Origin: the human T2T-CHM13v2.0 reference genome, Homo sapiens
DNA: 64,000 nt
Assembly: GCF_009914755.1 (NCBI RefSeq)
Contig: NC_060932.1
Reading direction: 5' to 3' (one strand)
Below the pieces are notes generated by a model that worked only from the letters and a program-made list of their open reading frames with translations, was not told the origin of the DNA and searched no databases. Shown in pieces: positions 16,051 through 30,800 of this stretch (its first letter is position 1; every line of letters starts with the position of its first letter). Made by a program: the position numbers and the translations under genes.

Positions 16051-16584
16051 TCATAATGCAGAATAAACTCTAATGCAAGTGTCTTACATACCTTTAATAA
16101 ACTATATCATTGCTTTATCTGCTTATCTACTCCATTACATCATCTTCATATAATTTGAGAAGGAATACTTTTGGCAAATTTACATTTAGATGTTTGTGTT
16201 GAACAAATTTTTGTTTGGAAGTTTTTAGTTTTATTTAAATCTTATTCAAGGAAAAGGAAAAAGAAGAGAAGACGTCTAGACAACAAGGAAAACTAAAATC
16301 AGTAAGCCAGGATGTAGCTATCTAGAATGCAATCCAATTTTCCACTTGTGAAAAGACCAAATAAAACTCTGAGTGATAACTCCTCAAGAAAGACTTTTAT
16401 TTCTGCCAACATACAACTGAAATTACATATGGGACTTCCAGCAGTTGTAGTTTATAAATACCCTAGTGCTACTTTATACTTAGAGCACAAGGTGGGGCTG
16501 GAGAAAGATGCTATTTCAGATTCTCCAAGTCATTGGATTTCATTATGGTCTTGACCAAGTTATCCAATTTTGCTTGTTTCCTTC

Positions 16585-16969
16585 TATATTAGTCGGCTAG
16601 GTCTGCCATAATGAAGTATAACAAACTAGGTGGCTTATACACCAGAAATGTATTTTCTCAGTTCTGCAGGCTAGAGAACAAATTAGATGTTGGCAGGGCT
16701 TGTTTCTTCTGAGGCCTTTCTTCTTTAATTTGGGGTTGGCCGACTTCCCCTTGTGTCGTCACATTGTCTTTTCTCTGTACCCATCTGTGTACAAGTTTCT
16801 GCTTCTTATAGGACACTAGTCATATTGGACTAGGGCCCACTGTAATGACCTCATTTTAATTTAATTACCTCTTTAAAAATTCTATCTTTAAATACAGTCA
16901 TATCCTGAAGTACTGAGGGTTAGAAGTTCAACATAAGAATTTGAAGGTTGCACAATTCAGCTTATAACA
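16585..16969 (-). mobile_element. Solo MaLR LTR, MLT1B-like
   Basis: 385 bp from tatattagtc..ctgccataa to cacaattcagcttataaca, with a perfect 5-bp TSD ccttc (16580-16584 / 16970-16974). Confidence 0.88.
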
Positions 16970-17402
16970 CCTTCCAAAAAAGAAAGAAATATTTGATCAT
17001 CTTTATCTGAGCTAGTACCTAATGGACAATAAGTGTGTGACAAGTTTGGTATGTGCAAAGCATTCTTTAAATTTAAAATACCGGTTACATTGTGTCCACT
17101 CACTATAGCAGTGAAGTCCTAGGCAGAAGGCAGTGCTCTGTTGGGCCATCCGGTTCAATTCAACAGGCCTGACCTTCCTAGATGATGCCACATCTCACCC
17201 TTCACAGCCATGACTCTCTCCCTAGCCATTTTTCTATCTTTATCTTTGCATTATGGATGATACCTAAGATAACTTATACTGTCACCAGAACTAAGGAAAG
17301 AAACTTTTGTTACTCAGGCGTTACTAAGCAAGATAATGATGGATAATTAGGAATCTTAGAGTTGATTTTCAGTCTTTTTGCACCTAACAGGAGAGTCTCT
17401 TA

Positions 17403-17681
<279 letters not shown>

Positions 17682-18989
17682 TTATGTACAAATTGATCAG
17701 GGATCATTTCAACAATTGTCCTAGAGGACAATGTATTATTTCTTCAGCTACAGAGAAATAATTGAGTAAAACATATGTATCCTTTACTATTTATTCTACC
17801 GAATGCTAGGTTTTACAAAGAGACTAGAGTGCTCTCTTAATCTCACAGATCTTTACATTTATTTTGATCAGTAAAAGAAGTATTTTTGAACACAATATGC
17901 TCCCAGTCCTGCCAGCCCAAGCACTTGCAGAGCTTACATTCATGCTGGAAGAGTGAGGCTTACATCTATGAAGATGTTACATCATGATACAAGATAGCCC
18001 ATGGGAAAATTGTGATGAGGTAAGAGTTTATTTCTGACATCCTATGATTTCTCTTTCTTTTTCCTACCCCCATCTTCCAACAGCAATAACAAAATCTACT
18101 GCTTATTTCCTTATCTCCTTTGGTTAAATTTGTTCTGAAGAAATATATCAGTAGATTTTATCTTAGTTAGGGTTTAATACGTGCATTTAATGTTAAGTGT
18201 ATTTTCTGTGTACTTTAAATTTTTCTTCCTTGTTGTTTGTTTAGCTGGTTGGTATTTGTCCAACTAAGGAAATTATAGGCATTTGAGAGCAGGCAGAAGA
18301 GATATGTTGAGGAAACAGGAAGCCTATGACAGGCAATATATGAGTAAGTGTCAAAATGAGTGAATAGTGAAAGAGCAGTGAGGATTTTAGCGTATAAAGG
18401 ACCTAAAGTAAGTGATGAACTCTGACCCAAGACTTGACAGTCAGGGAGCACAGGGTCATTGCTGTGTAGGGGAAGCAGTATTTCATACTGGAGAAAGCTA
18501 AGAAATAGTATGGAGCATTTAATGAGTTGTGGATGGTAAGGAAATCTTCCTAACAAAGGGAAATTAGATTTAAGCTTAAAAGTTAATGAAAGACACTTGA
18601 AAATATAAAACAGTACATAATTGGTAACTAAATGGTTGATGCAACTTTAAGAGTTGTAGTAATTTAGGCAAGAAAGACATAGATGAGGATAACATCTATA
18701 TAATCAATTATTTTAACTGCTTGAGCAAGGCAAGTATATTGAAGAATTCTTAAAAAGGTAAGTATATAAGTTGACAAATTGATGATGGATAATTATTTCA
18801 ATATTCATTAACTACAAAGAATTTAGCCTATGATCATTACATGGTATTAGAGGCAGAATTGGAGAATCGAGCTCTGGAAAGCCTGGCATGGTGAAGTAGG
18901 CAAACTTTTATTTTATTTTAAATGTGAATCCAATGTAACACTGTTTATTTTGTTATTTTTCTTACTAAACATAGCAAGTTGTATTTTTT

Positions 18990-19861
<872 letters not shown>

Positions 19862-20999
19862 TTACTTTCTGAGAAAAAGATAAATATATAGAATCCAAAT
19901 AATTCAATGCTATTAAAACCAAACTTTTAAAAGTGCAATCTTAAAGAACATTTAAAAATGGAAGTATCAAAAAGAAAAATTAACTAGTCAATCAATTAGT
20001 GAAAAAGAACCTTGTCTCATTCATTAAAAAAACTCATTTCTTCTGAAAGTGACTCAAATCACTATCATTTGAGTTTGCAGTTAAAGTTATCTCTGGAAAT
20101 ATACTCAGTCTCGCATAGAAGACTGTGGATATTGCCAATGCATACAAGTTATCTTCATGTTGAAACTAAAGCACTTCGTATTAAAAATTGGGTTTTATCA
20201 AAATTATATCTAGAGGTAAAGTCTTGGGATTAAATTTAAAAAGAAGGGATAGAGTGAATGAAAGCTAGCAATAAGTAATTTTCTTTCCTATTTTTATATT
20301 GAAATTAATATTTATAAAAACTAAAAACAATCATTGATTCCAAATCATTAAAAACTACAAACATTTGTCAAGAATTTGCCACTAACCAATGCATAGATGA
20401 AACCATAAACTAGTAAAGTGGGACCATGTAGGAGAAAACAAAAGCAAAGAAAATGTCTCTCACTGTGTACCCTGGCTAAAAGAACTTTGGGAATCTTTGC
20501 TCAAAAAGGGAATGAAGCTACTCAGTACTTTTAGGGGAGCAGAAATATTTTTGCTTGACTTCATTCTTTATTAATACTCTCTACATCCATGCCAGGACTC
20601 CAATTCCCAGTTAGGCAATGTGGCTGGGGTCAGAGAAGAGAAAGTGGCAATTAACATCCAGGGATCTGTCATCAGCAGTGGGAACTGGCTTGGAATAACC
20701 ATGGAAATTGCATACAAAGGGAGTCATAGTTATTCATTTACTTTATCTGATAGAGAAAGAATGCCCTACTAACTGCTTCAGTTTACACAAGCATAAATTT
20801 TAGTCCTCTCAATAAGTACATGGAGAATTAACTCAGTCAATGGATCTATGTGAAATGAAGAATGGAATACTAAAATCTTGGCTAAGGCTTAAATATATCA
20901 AACAGATACCCACCGTAATATTTCTGAAAAGAATTCTTACAATAAGGTAAATGCTGAGGAGAACCATACAAATCCACTTGCTTTATCTATAGGCAAACC

Positions 21000-21700
21000 T
21001 AAAGCTGAGATAAAATTTTCTCATTGAAAGACAAAGAAATGGAAAAACGCTGTATGAAAAATTTGGAAAGATTTTGGAACTTAAAAATATAACTATATTG
21101 ATCTTAAGGTGCAGAAGAAAAAGAAACTTTAGGAAATGCTTTGCTAAAGGAAATAAAACATAATTTTAAAGAGTTACCTACTTGATAAAATGGTAAGCAG
21201 CATTACAGATGAGAAGATGCTGATAATGCACAGAAATAGAGCTGGAATATTTAAGAGACGGGATTAGAAGATAAACCATAACAGCAGAATTTATGATAAT
21301 TAGTAAATGACATACATATCTCAGAGGAAAAGTAAATTACCCTAAAGAATTCAAAGTTTCTAGGAAAGCAGAGAAAAAGAATTTTTTAAACCATAAGTCA
21401 AAAGTGAAAAGAGAGAGTTATAACAGATGGAGAATGAAAATCCCTCATATGTATGATAGTTTACTGGAGAATTGAAAGAAATTTAATGAGAGCCCATAAG
21501 AAATAATAATAATAATAATAATAATACCAGAAAATTCTCCTAAGCTGAAAAAAAGACCTGAGTTTGAAAAATAAAAAAATATATATTTTTACAAAGTCCA
21601 ACCATCAGCCATAAACTGGAGATCACTAAGGAAGTTAAAAAAAAGTGTAAAAGTGAGGCTACATTAAAAAAGGAAAGTGAGAAAATATATAATAGAGTAC
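21000..21700 (+). mobile_element. Ancient L1M/HAL1 ORF1-region remnant
   Basis: A-rich sequence; ccagaaaattctcctaagctgaaaaaaagacctgagtttg resembles the ENFPELK-DLSLQ motif. Contains (AAT)8 at 21502-21525. Confidence 0.5.
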
Positions 21701-21779
21701 TATTTATGTCAGAAAGGCAGTGAAAAGATATAAATACACACAGACACACACCCATATATATAATGCACACACCTTCGAT

Positions 21780-22370
21780 TTTGTTGGAAGAATAACTAAT
21801 AACCTTTTTAGTTAATGGTTACATATTATAAGAGGGGGAGAATAAAATCAAGAGGTAGAGAAGCTGAAATTCTTTAAATATAGTTTGTTTTGTTGATTTT
21901 ACATTGACACCACTCAATACCATATACAATTATTAAAAATCAGATAAAAATTAAAATACCTAAATATAAAAAGGAAACTAAACAAATGAATCTAGTTGTG
22001 TAACCATTTCATGGCATAGCCAATAGAGATGAAGAATCCAAATGGCTTGAAAATTCACACATTTGACTGTACATCCCTAACAAGCTATAAGCAAAGGACA
22101 AAAACAATTAGAAAAGATATTAGGCTTGTTTTCAGTGATTGTATTGTGAAGGTAGTGTCACCATTGCTATCCTGATATTTTTGTGTATATGTTTTGGGAT
22201 AAATCAAGTAAACAATTATGTTGAGATCTAAATTTCTGACAAAGAAGAAGGGAGATAAACGAGATTGTTAGTAAGATTGATGAGATTAAGGGGAAAGCTT
22301 CTGGTCCTGAATTTGAATTGGAATCATCAATACAAACTCAAGATGATTTTCTTTTTTTAGTCCTTGATTT
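21780..22370 (+). mobile_element. L1MC-like 3' region
   Basis: atttgactgtacatcccta and ggtcctgaatttgaattggaatcatcaatacaaactca. Confidence 0.55.
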
Positions 22371-22384
22371 TATCTTTTTAAAAA

Positions 22385-22560
22385 TATTTTGACAGCTTTA
22401 ATGAGGCATAATTGATATACAAGGAACTGAGCATATTAAATGTATACAATTTGATGAGCGCAGACATATGCAAACTGCCATTGCATGATACTATCCCCAC
22501 AGTCAAGGGAACAGACATATCCAGCACCTCCCAGAGTTTCTTTGTGACCCTGTGTTCTTG
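22385..22560 (-). mobile_element. L1MB-like 3' end fragment
   Basis: acagctttaatgaggcataattgatatacaa...aatgtatacaatttgatgag. Confidence 0.7.
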
Positions 22561-23684
22561 TTTATTATTCTTTTGTTTTCATGTCTACTCAGAAAATCCA
22601 GAAAAGGTAACTATGACCATGAGATAATTTTATATAGTAACTGATTTGTATCTTATTTTTAAATAAACACATTAATTTTGAATAGGTAAAGAATGTACTC
22701 AATGGTAAAAATAAACAAATAATGCAAAAGGATACATAGTAAAACGTAAATCTCCTTCTCACTTCTGTCCCACAATTTGCTGTTCCCTACCATAGAGGTA
22801 GCCATAGTTATTCAGTTCTTTTTTTTTTTAGATATATTCTTGTCATATATAGGAATGGATAGCTAGATAGCTAAATATAAATATAGACAGATGATAGATT
22901 GATCAATACATAGAAAGATAATCTCCCATATTTAGTAGCATATTATGAACTTTCTCCTGTATTTTGCTTTTCTCACCTAATTTATCCTGGAAATAGATCA
23001 GTACAAATCAAGTAGTTTGATATTTAAACACATGCATACTATTGCATTTAATCAATTTCCACTGATAGACATTTATGTGGTTTCTAAAATTTAGCTTAAA
23101 GTACTTGAGCAATAAAATGAATATTAGATAATACCAAGTTGTCATTCAATGAACTCTATCAACTTATACTCTTAATAATAATCCCTAAAAGTGTCTGTTT
23201 AACTATACCCTCAATGGTCAGGTCTACTATCACTATTTCATCTTTTCCTATTTGATAGAAGTCAACATAGTATTTCATTGAAAAAACAATGTGCATTCCT
23301 CTTATGATTTTAAAAAATTGACCATTTACATATTTTCATAAGCCATTTTTAATTCCTTTTCTGTGAATAGTTCATTCATTTTCTTTGCTTATTTATTGAC
23401 TAAGATGTTGCTTTTCTTATTGAATTCTGGGTGATTTTTATACATTATATAAGTTAGTTTCTTGTCATGTGTGTTAAAAATATTTCTTTCAGTTTGTGAT
23501 TTGTCTTTGAAATTTTCTTTCCAATAGATATCAAAAAATGTAGACATAGACAGAGTCAAAATAATCTTTATTTTCTTTTATAGGTTTGATATCTCTATTA
23601 TACTTTGAGATACCTTCCTTACTCGAATAAAATTATTTCTAATTTTTTCTCATGTTTCCTCTACTATTTTATGAATTAATTTTT

Positions 23685-23847
23685 TAAGAATTTGTATAAA
23701 TTTAGGGAGTACACATACAGTTTTGTGACATAGATATATTAAACTAAAAAGCTTCCACACAGCAAAAGAAATAATCAACAGAGTGAACAGACAACATGCA
23801 GAATGGGAGAAAATATTTGCAAACTGCACATCCAACGAAGGACTAAT
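23685..23847 (-). mobile_element. Miniature 5'-inverted L1 (L1PB/L1MA-like)
   Basis: About 55 bp of antisense L1 3' end fused to a sense ORF2 piece ([28 protein letters not shown]). Approximate TSD at 23671-23684 / 23848-23861. Confidence 0.75.
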
Positions 23848-23863
23848 AAGAGTTAATTTTTAT

Positions 23864-24173
<310 letters not shown>

Positions 24174-24706
24174 TATTTTAATTTTTGATCCAGCAAGAGC
24201 TTATTTTGTTGAAGAAGCAATAGAGATGAAAACATTCTTTTTCAGTTAAATACCCATTTGTTCCATTACAAGTTGTTGAAAAAAATCTAGTCTCTATTTA
24301 TTTGAAATAAGATGCTTGCATTTCTTAAAATATGCAAAATCAGTACCTTTCTTATGTAATGGAAAAATATGTAATGTATATTGAAAAACATAACAGAGAA
24401 AAATAATTCATCATAATAGAAACAATATATGAGGTGACTAAAGACAAAAGTAATCAAAAAGTGTAGATCACATTCCAAAAAATTTCACACAGTTCTTAGG
24501 ATTACAAAAGATAGGATAAAGAGCAAGAAGATATTGTTGAATGGGAAAATGTTATCAGTCATTTCTCACTCTTCTCTCCAAAGACAGATATGTCTCTGCA
24601 CATGTAACTAAGCTTTTAAGGCAATTATAGCAAAGGTCAATATAGTGAATTTATTTTTACTTGAAAGTAATCCATGTACAAGAACCAATAAAGTTAAAAA
24701 GCAAAA

Positions 24707-24852
24707 GACTGGGTGAGGTGGCTCATGCCTATAATCCCAGGACTTGGAGAGGCCAAAACAGGAGGATCACTTGAAGCCAGGAGTTTAAGACTAGGCTAGG
24801 CAACAACACAAAGCCCTGTCTACAAAAAGTGTTTTAAAATAAAAAAAAAATT
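24707..24852 (+). mobile_element. FLAM / free left Alu monomer
   Basis: Left monomer only, with J-type ggaggatcacttgaagccaggagt, then an A-rich tail. Confidence 0.85.
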
Positions 24853-25119
24853 GAAGTGAAGAAAATTATGAAAAAAGATAGTCATTACAAAATTTACACT
24901 ATCTGATGTTAAAATATTTCAAGGACACAATAATTATATGTGATATTACTTCGAGAGTAACTGCAAAAACATCTCTTCTGGGTCTTGCCCAAAATAGAAG
25001 AGACACTATTCCCTTATACAACTGTGATAAAGTGCTTTGTCAGTGTCTCTTCTATTTTGGCCAAGAATGGTTTCTGCCTACCCACCTCGTGACACTCCCC
25101 ACCCCATATAGTTACAGCA

Positions 25120-25620
25120 GTTGGGGGTCCCAGCAGGAAACAGATGGCACACTCAGCTGGGAACTTTGCAGAGATTGTCTAAAGAAGGGGCTGTTTATTG
25201 AGGTGTGGAAGGGTTAAGGGAACCAACGCGTGATTTTGAGGCACACAGGAACTAGCAGTATTTGGAAACTTTTCTGGTTCACAGGCTTGATAGGACTCTA
25301 GAGGGAAAGGTGTTAGAGCCCCTCTGGGGGCTAGGGCTGTGGAAGACAGGCTGCCTGACAGAAGTTGTAAATTATAGAAGGATATAGTCACTCCCAGAAC
25401 CATGGCAAAGCCACGAGGAAATGGAGGAGGAAAGCCAATATACAAAATGTTTTCCCCTCTCCTGTCTTCCAAGCTTCAATCAGTGATTTTCCTTGGCCGA
25501 CCACAGTAAGGAGGCTGAGCCCAGGTGATAGAATTGGCAGAGGTCAGTCTCTCAGGGTACAGAGAAGGGCAGAGAATCAGTGGGGAGAGGATTGTTCTCA
25601 AAAGAGGATAAACATACACA
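25120..25620 (-). mobile_element. ERVL LTR (LTR41-like)
   Basis: gggtcccagcaggaaacagatggcacactca matches a recalled consensus end. Confidence 0.55.
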
Positions 25621-26103
25621 CATCCTGCCCACTTCCACCACCATCCTCAAGAGCTACGGCAAGGAGTAATTTTCTAGGATCCTACCATGGTAGATGTAAT
25701 TATTTGGGATCATAACCTGAAAACCCTTCCTTGAAAACATTCTCAGAAATAATCTCCAAACCTTGTTTTCATTCCACTTCAGTCCCTCACTGCATAGTCA
25801 GATGCACCCTACAGCTTCTCATCTCCTGCAACTATGCCTCTTCTGCTTATTGATCTCAAGCATTACACACTTTGACTTCCTTTCATAACCTAATACCTCC
25901 ACCTAAAGATACACCCAAACAATTATTCCACTATTAAAGCTCTCCAACAAACATACATGCATGCACGTGCAGGTTAATTATCCATTACACCTTCCTGTTC
26001 TCATTTTCCTTTTTCCAAGTTAGATTCTGTAATCCCAGCATTTTAATTTTTCCCTTAAAATACCTTCAATTACCTGACTTCTTGCTCCTTTTCTGGAGCT
26101 CAT

Positions 26104-26608
26104 TGTCAAGGACTGCGAAGTATCTATTTTTACTCTATTTGCAAGCTAACAGGTTAGCCTGCCACAATTTCATGGATGCTGGCTGAAGCCAAGCCTCCTG
26201 CATCAGAAATAAAGAACAATTTTATTACTCACAGCAGTAGTGGTAGCCAGAGTGTCAAAATTGTTCCTCTGGCTCCCTCAGCTCCTGTTCCCACAGGGTG
26301 ACACAAAGAGAATCAGATAATACACTCTTTGGACTGCATTCCAGGAGAGAGACCTACTCTTAGGGGACCTGAATTGTGTATAATGGGCATTAACATACCC
26401 ATTCCAATCAAGATATTATGCTTATTAAGCTAGACAGTAAGAACTAATATGTCAACCCTTTATTCTGGAAGGAGACATCATTTCTATTTTCCAAGTCTGT
26501 TCACTGCACAAACATCTTTCAAAAGTTAGTCCACAACAAAGTAAGTTAGTGCCCCTGTTTACAAGCTGTGCAGAAATACAACAGTTCCATGAAAAAATTT
26601 TCTCCCAG
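26104..26608 (-). mobile_element. ERVL LTR (MER76/MER54/MER74 group)
   Basis: tgtcaaggactgcgaag...ttgcaagctaacaggttagcctgccacaatttcatggatgctgg. Confidence 0.6.
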
Positions 26609-27094
26609 CCCTCACCCATGCCTGTGTTCAAGCAATTAAGTCATCCAATTGTGTTGAGAGGTTTCACCCTCTTGCATCATGGCTCTCTCCCTTTCTACTG
26701 GATTATGACCATCAGCCTACAAATTCTTTCATTTCTCATTTTAAAAATAAAAACCCCAATTTCCCTCCATCTACCACACAACCTCATTGCTCATTTTCCA
26801 AGGAAAACTTCCTCTAAAAAGATTGATTACACTTCCTCTTCCTACTATAGTTTGCTCTATTGACCTCTCTGTCCAATATTATTCTTAATGACTGCTGTCA
26901 AATAAGCATGCTGCCAAATTCACAGATATTTCTCCTACTTCATTTGAACCTACCTAAACACATTCAAAACAATCAACATTCTTTCTCCTTAGAAATTCTC
27001 CTAATCTGGCTTTTGGGAGATTAGCATTCTCAGAAATTTAAGTCCCTGAATGCTTCTTCTCCATCTCCTTTACTGGACCTCCTTTCTCTATCCA

Positions 27095-27284
27095 CAGTGC
27101 TGGTTTCATGAGTGTGCAACCCACACAGTCACAACCCCCTTCCCAACCCCCCACACCACTTAGAAGGCCCTCAGGCTTTATTTAATGCCTCTCATTGCCA
27201 CGTTGAAATTCTTGATAATTTTTTAACAAAGGATCCTGCATTTTCGTTTTGCACTGGTGTTCAGAAATTATGTGGCAGATCATG
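27095..27284. mobile_element. MER91A-like hAT-Tip100 MITE
   Basis: ttgaaattcttgataatttttt..gcattttcgttttgcactgg, with an 8-bp TSD tctatcca / tctatcta. Confidence 0.8.
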
Positions 27285-28061
27285 TCTATCTACTTTGATT
27301 TAATGTAGTGCTTTAAGGTTCAGTCTTCCCTTCACCCTTCAAATTCACTTTCTAGATAATTTCACCTGGTTCTATTGTTTTAAATACCATCTTTCTTCTT
27401 GCAACCCCCATAAGTTTTTTCCACCCTAAACTTCCTCCCTGAGTTGATTGTGTATGCCATATATCTTCACCTGGATGACTAATACCTACCTCAAATTTGT
27501 ACATACAACTAAAAGCTCATGATGTTCTCTTCTCTGCAAAATTTCCATCTCCAAGTTTCCTCCATATAAATGACACTACCATTCAACAAGTTGCTGAAGG
27601 CCCAAACCCAGGCATCATCTTTTATGTCTCCCTTTTTTCACCCTTATGTCTCTTTTCTCATCCATAGTCAAGTCCTGTCAGTTCTATTTCCAATGTGTAC
27701 CTTCAGTCTGTTTACATCTGGACATACCCACTTCCCAAACATCCAATCCACGTGATGGCCATTTCTCCCCAGACCACTGGAATAGATTCTTTTCTTAGAT
27801 TTTCTTCTACACTTTAAGTTCCCTGCAATTTATTCTTTATAGCATAGCCAATATAATTTTTTGTTTATTTGCTTAACTTCATATTTTAAAATGTTCAGAA
27901 TTACATAAAAACAAAAAAATAATTTTCACATATCATTATTTCAGGTTTCCCAAATAATAACATTTTTACTACATTTACTTTATCATTCTCTTTCTCATAT
28001 ATATGTTAAATTTATGTTACATGCATACATTAATATATACATAGAGTGTATAGATATATAT

Positions 28062-30192
28062 TGATATTATTTGTCTGTGTCACCTCCCAAACCTCATCTT
28101 GAATTCCCACATGTTGTAGGAGGGACCTGGTGAGAGGTAATTGAATTATCGGGGCAGGTCTTTCCAGTGCTGTTCTCGTGATAGTGAGTAAGTATCATGA
28201 GATCTGACGGTAATTATAAAGGGGAGTTTCCCTGCGCTTGCTCCTCCTTGCCTTCTGCCATCACTATGAGGCTTCCCCAGCCAAGAGGAACTGTAAGTCC
28301 AGTTAAACCTCTTTCTTTTGTAAATTTCCCAGTCTGGGGTATGTCTTTATCAGCAGTGTGAAAACAGACTAATACAGTAAATTGGTACCAGTAGAGTGGG
28401 GTAATGCTGAAAAGATAACTGAAAACGTGTAAGCAACTTTGGAACTGGGTAACAGGCAGAGGTTGGAACAGTTAGAGGGCTCAGAAGAAGACAGGAAAAT
28501 GTGGGAAGGTTTCTAACTTCCTAGAGATTTTTGAATGACTTTGACTAAAAGCCTGATAATGATATAGACAATAAAGTCCAGGCTGAGGTGGTCTCAGATG
28601 GAGATAAGGAACTTGTTGGGAACTGAAGCAAAGGTGACTCTTGTTATGTTTTAGCAAAGAGACTGGCAGTATTTTGCCCCTGCCCTAGGGATTTGTGGAA
28701 CTTTGACCTTGAGAGAGATTATCTAGGGTATCTGGTGAAATAAATTTCTAAGCAACAAAGCATTCAAGAGGTGACTTGGGTGCTGTTAAAGGCATTCAGT
28801 TTTATAAGAGAAGCAAAACATAAAAGTTTGGAAAATTTGCAGCCTAATAGTGCAATGGAAAAGAAAATCTCATTTTCTGAGGATAAATTCAAGGCGGCTA
28901 TAGAAATTTGCATAATGAGGAGCCAAATGTTAATCCCCAAGACAATAAGGAAAATGTCTCCAGAGCATGTCAGAGGTCTTCATGGCACCCCCTCCCATCA
29001 CAGACCCAGAGGCCTAGGAGGAAAAAGTGTTTTTGTGAGCCAGGCCCAGTGTACGCGTGCTGTGTGCAGCACAGGGACTTGGTGCTCTGCATCCCAGCTG
29101 TTCCAGTCATGGCTGAAAGGGGCCAATGTACAGCTTGGGCTGTGGCTTCAAAGGGTGCAAGCCTCAAGCTTTGGCAGCTTCCACGTGGTATTGAGCCTGC
29201 CAGTGCACAAAAGTCAAGAATTGGGTTTGGGAACCTCTACTTAGATTTCAGAGGATGTATGGAAATACCTCGATGCCTAGGCAGAAGACTGCTGCAGGGG
29301 CAGGACCCTCATGGAGAACCTCTGCTAGGGAAGTGCAGAAGGGAAATGTGGGATCAGAGCCCCCACACAGAGTCCCTAATGGGGCACTGCTTAGTAGAGC
29401 TCTGAGAAGAGGACCACTGTCCTCCAGACCCCAGAATGCTGTAGATCCACCAACAGCTTGCACTGTGTACCTAAAAACGCTGCAGACACTCAATGCCAGC
29501 CCATGAAAGCAGCTGGGAGGGCAGGGGCCTATACCCTGAAAAGCCACAGGGGTGGAGCTTCCCAAGACCATAGGAACCCACCTCTTGCATCAGCATGACC
29601 TGGATGTGAGACATAGAGTCAAAGGAGATCATTTTGGAGCTTTAAGATTTGACTGCCCTGCTGGATTTCAGACAGACATGGGGCCTAACCCTTTGTTTTG
29701 GCCAATGTCTCCCATTTGGAATGGCTGTATTTATCCAATGCCTGTACCCCCATTGTATCTAGGAAGTAACTAACTTGCTTTTGATTTTACAGGCTCATAG
29801 GCAGGAGGGACTTTCCTTGTCTTGGATGAGACTTTGGACTGTAGACTTTTGAGTTAATGCTGAAATGAGTTAAGGCTTTGGGGGACTGTTTGGAAGGCAA
29901 GATTGGTTTTGAAATGTGAGAGCATGAGATTTGGGAGGGGCCAGAGGCAGAATAATATGGTTTGGCTCTGTCCCCACCCAAATCTTATCTTGAATTCCCA
30001 CGTTTTGTGGGAGGGACCTGGTGGGAGGTAATTGAATCATGGGGGCAGGTCTTTCCGGTGCTGCTCTCAGGATAGTGAGTAAGTCTCATGAGATCTGGTG
30101 CTTATTATAAGGGGGAGTCTTCCTGCCCAAGCTGTCTTTGCCTGCTGCAATCCACATAAGATGTGACTTGCTCCTCCTTGCCTTCCATCCAT
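28062..30192 (+). mobile_element. THE1 (THE1B-like) MaLR provirus: 5' LTR 28062-28376, internal region 28377-29952, truncated 3' LTR from 29953
   Basis: The LTR ends cagactaataca, followed by the internal start gtaaattggtaccagtagagtgggg. A purine-rich tract precedes the second LTR taatatggtttggctctgtcccc. Confidence 0.95.
30029..30039 (+). promoter_or_regulatory. DUX4 consensus motif in THE1 LTR
   Basis: TAATTGAATCA. Confidence 0.6.
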
Positions 30193-30514
30193 ATAATTAT
30201 TGTTATTGTTCAATAAATATCATTTGAGAATAAGTTAAAGACAAGATACTCATGATGCTTATTTACCTGTAAACATAGCAGTGTACAGTTCCCTAAAACA
30301 GAATATCCTTTTAGCTAAAGACAATTCAGAAATTAACATTTTAATATTGATTAAAATTCTATTATCTAATCTATAGAACTTAATTAAATTTGACAATTTG
30401 TTCAAACGATATCTTTTATAGAAAAGTATTTTTCTTCTGGTCTAGGAACTAGGCCACGATCCACTTTGTATTCCATTGCCATGATCCTTTAGTTTTCTTT
30501 AATCCAGAACACTT

Positions 30515-30800
30515 TGTTCTGCCAAAAACTAAGGAAGTACTCAGAATGATGGAGGCATGTCAAAGGATGCAGGAGCCAGCTGAAGAGGTTACTAGTGGTC
30601 AAATCTCGGACAATTGCAGCATCAACACAACTCATTATAGTAATGGATTATAACCCATTGAATAAAATAAGCATCCATACTGATAAAAATAAAGAAACCA
30701 GTAAATTAAAAAAATTGGAGGAAAGAGAAAGCCCTTTTTCAAGTAGGTCAATCACTAAATACAGACGAAATAATGATATTTAAAAATCAGCAACCAATGC
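30515..30800 (+). mobile_element. L1MC/L1MD-like fragment
   Basis: ggcatgtcaaaggatgcaggagccagctgaag...taatggattataacccattgaataaaataag. Confidence 0.6.

Larger units (their letters stand above)
25700..27860 (+). mobile_element. Fragmented L2 with nested LTR and MER91
   Basis: Pyrimidine-rich L2 motifs such as cacctggatgactaatacctacctcaaatt and catagtcaagtcctgtcagttctatttcc. Confidence 0.6.
27870..30510 (-). mobile_element. Old L1M 3' end split by the THE1 insertion
   Basis: Antisense L1M-like sequence at 27870-28060 resumes at about 30210 (catttgagaataagtt...tttaatccagaaca). Confidence 0.5.

Noticed and set aside
18668-18763. Strong plus-strand donor AAG|GTAAGT at about 18758
   Set aside because: There is no convincing upstream acceptor and all frames are closed.
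28771-29981. Overlapping ORFs up to 165 aa, mirrored at 60219-62310
   Set aside because: They are THE1 internal/LTR frames. Their similarity reflects two copies of one family, not a gene duplication.
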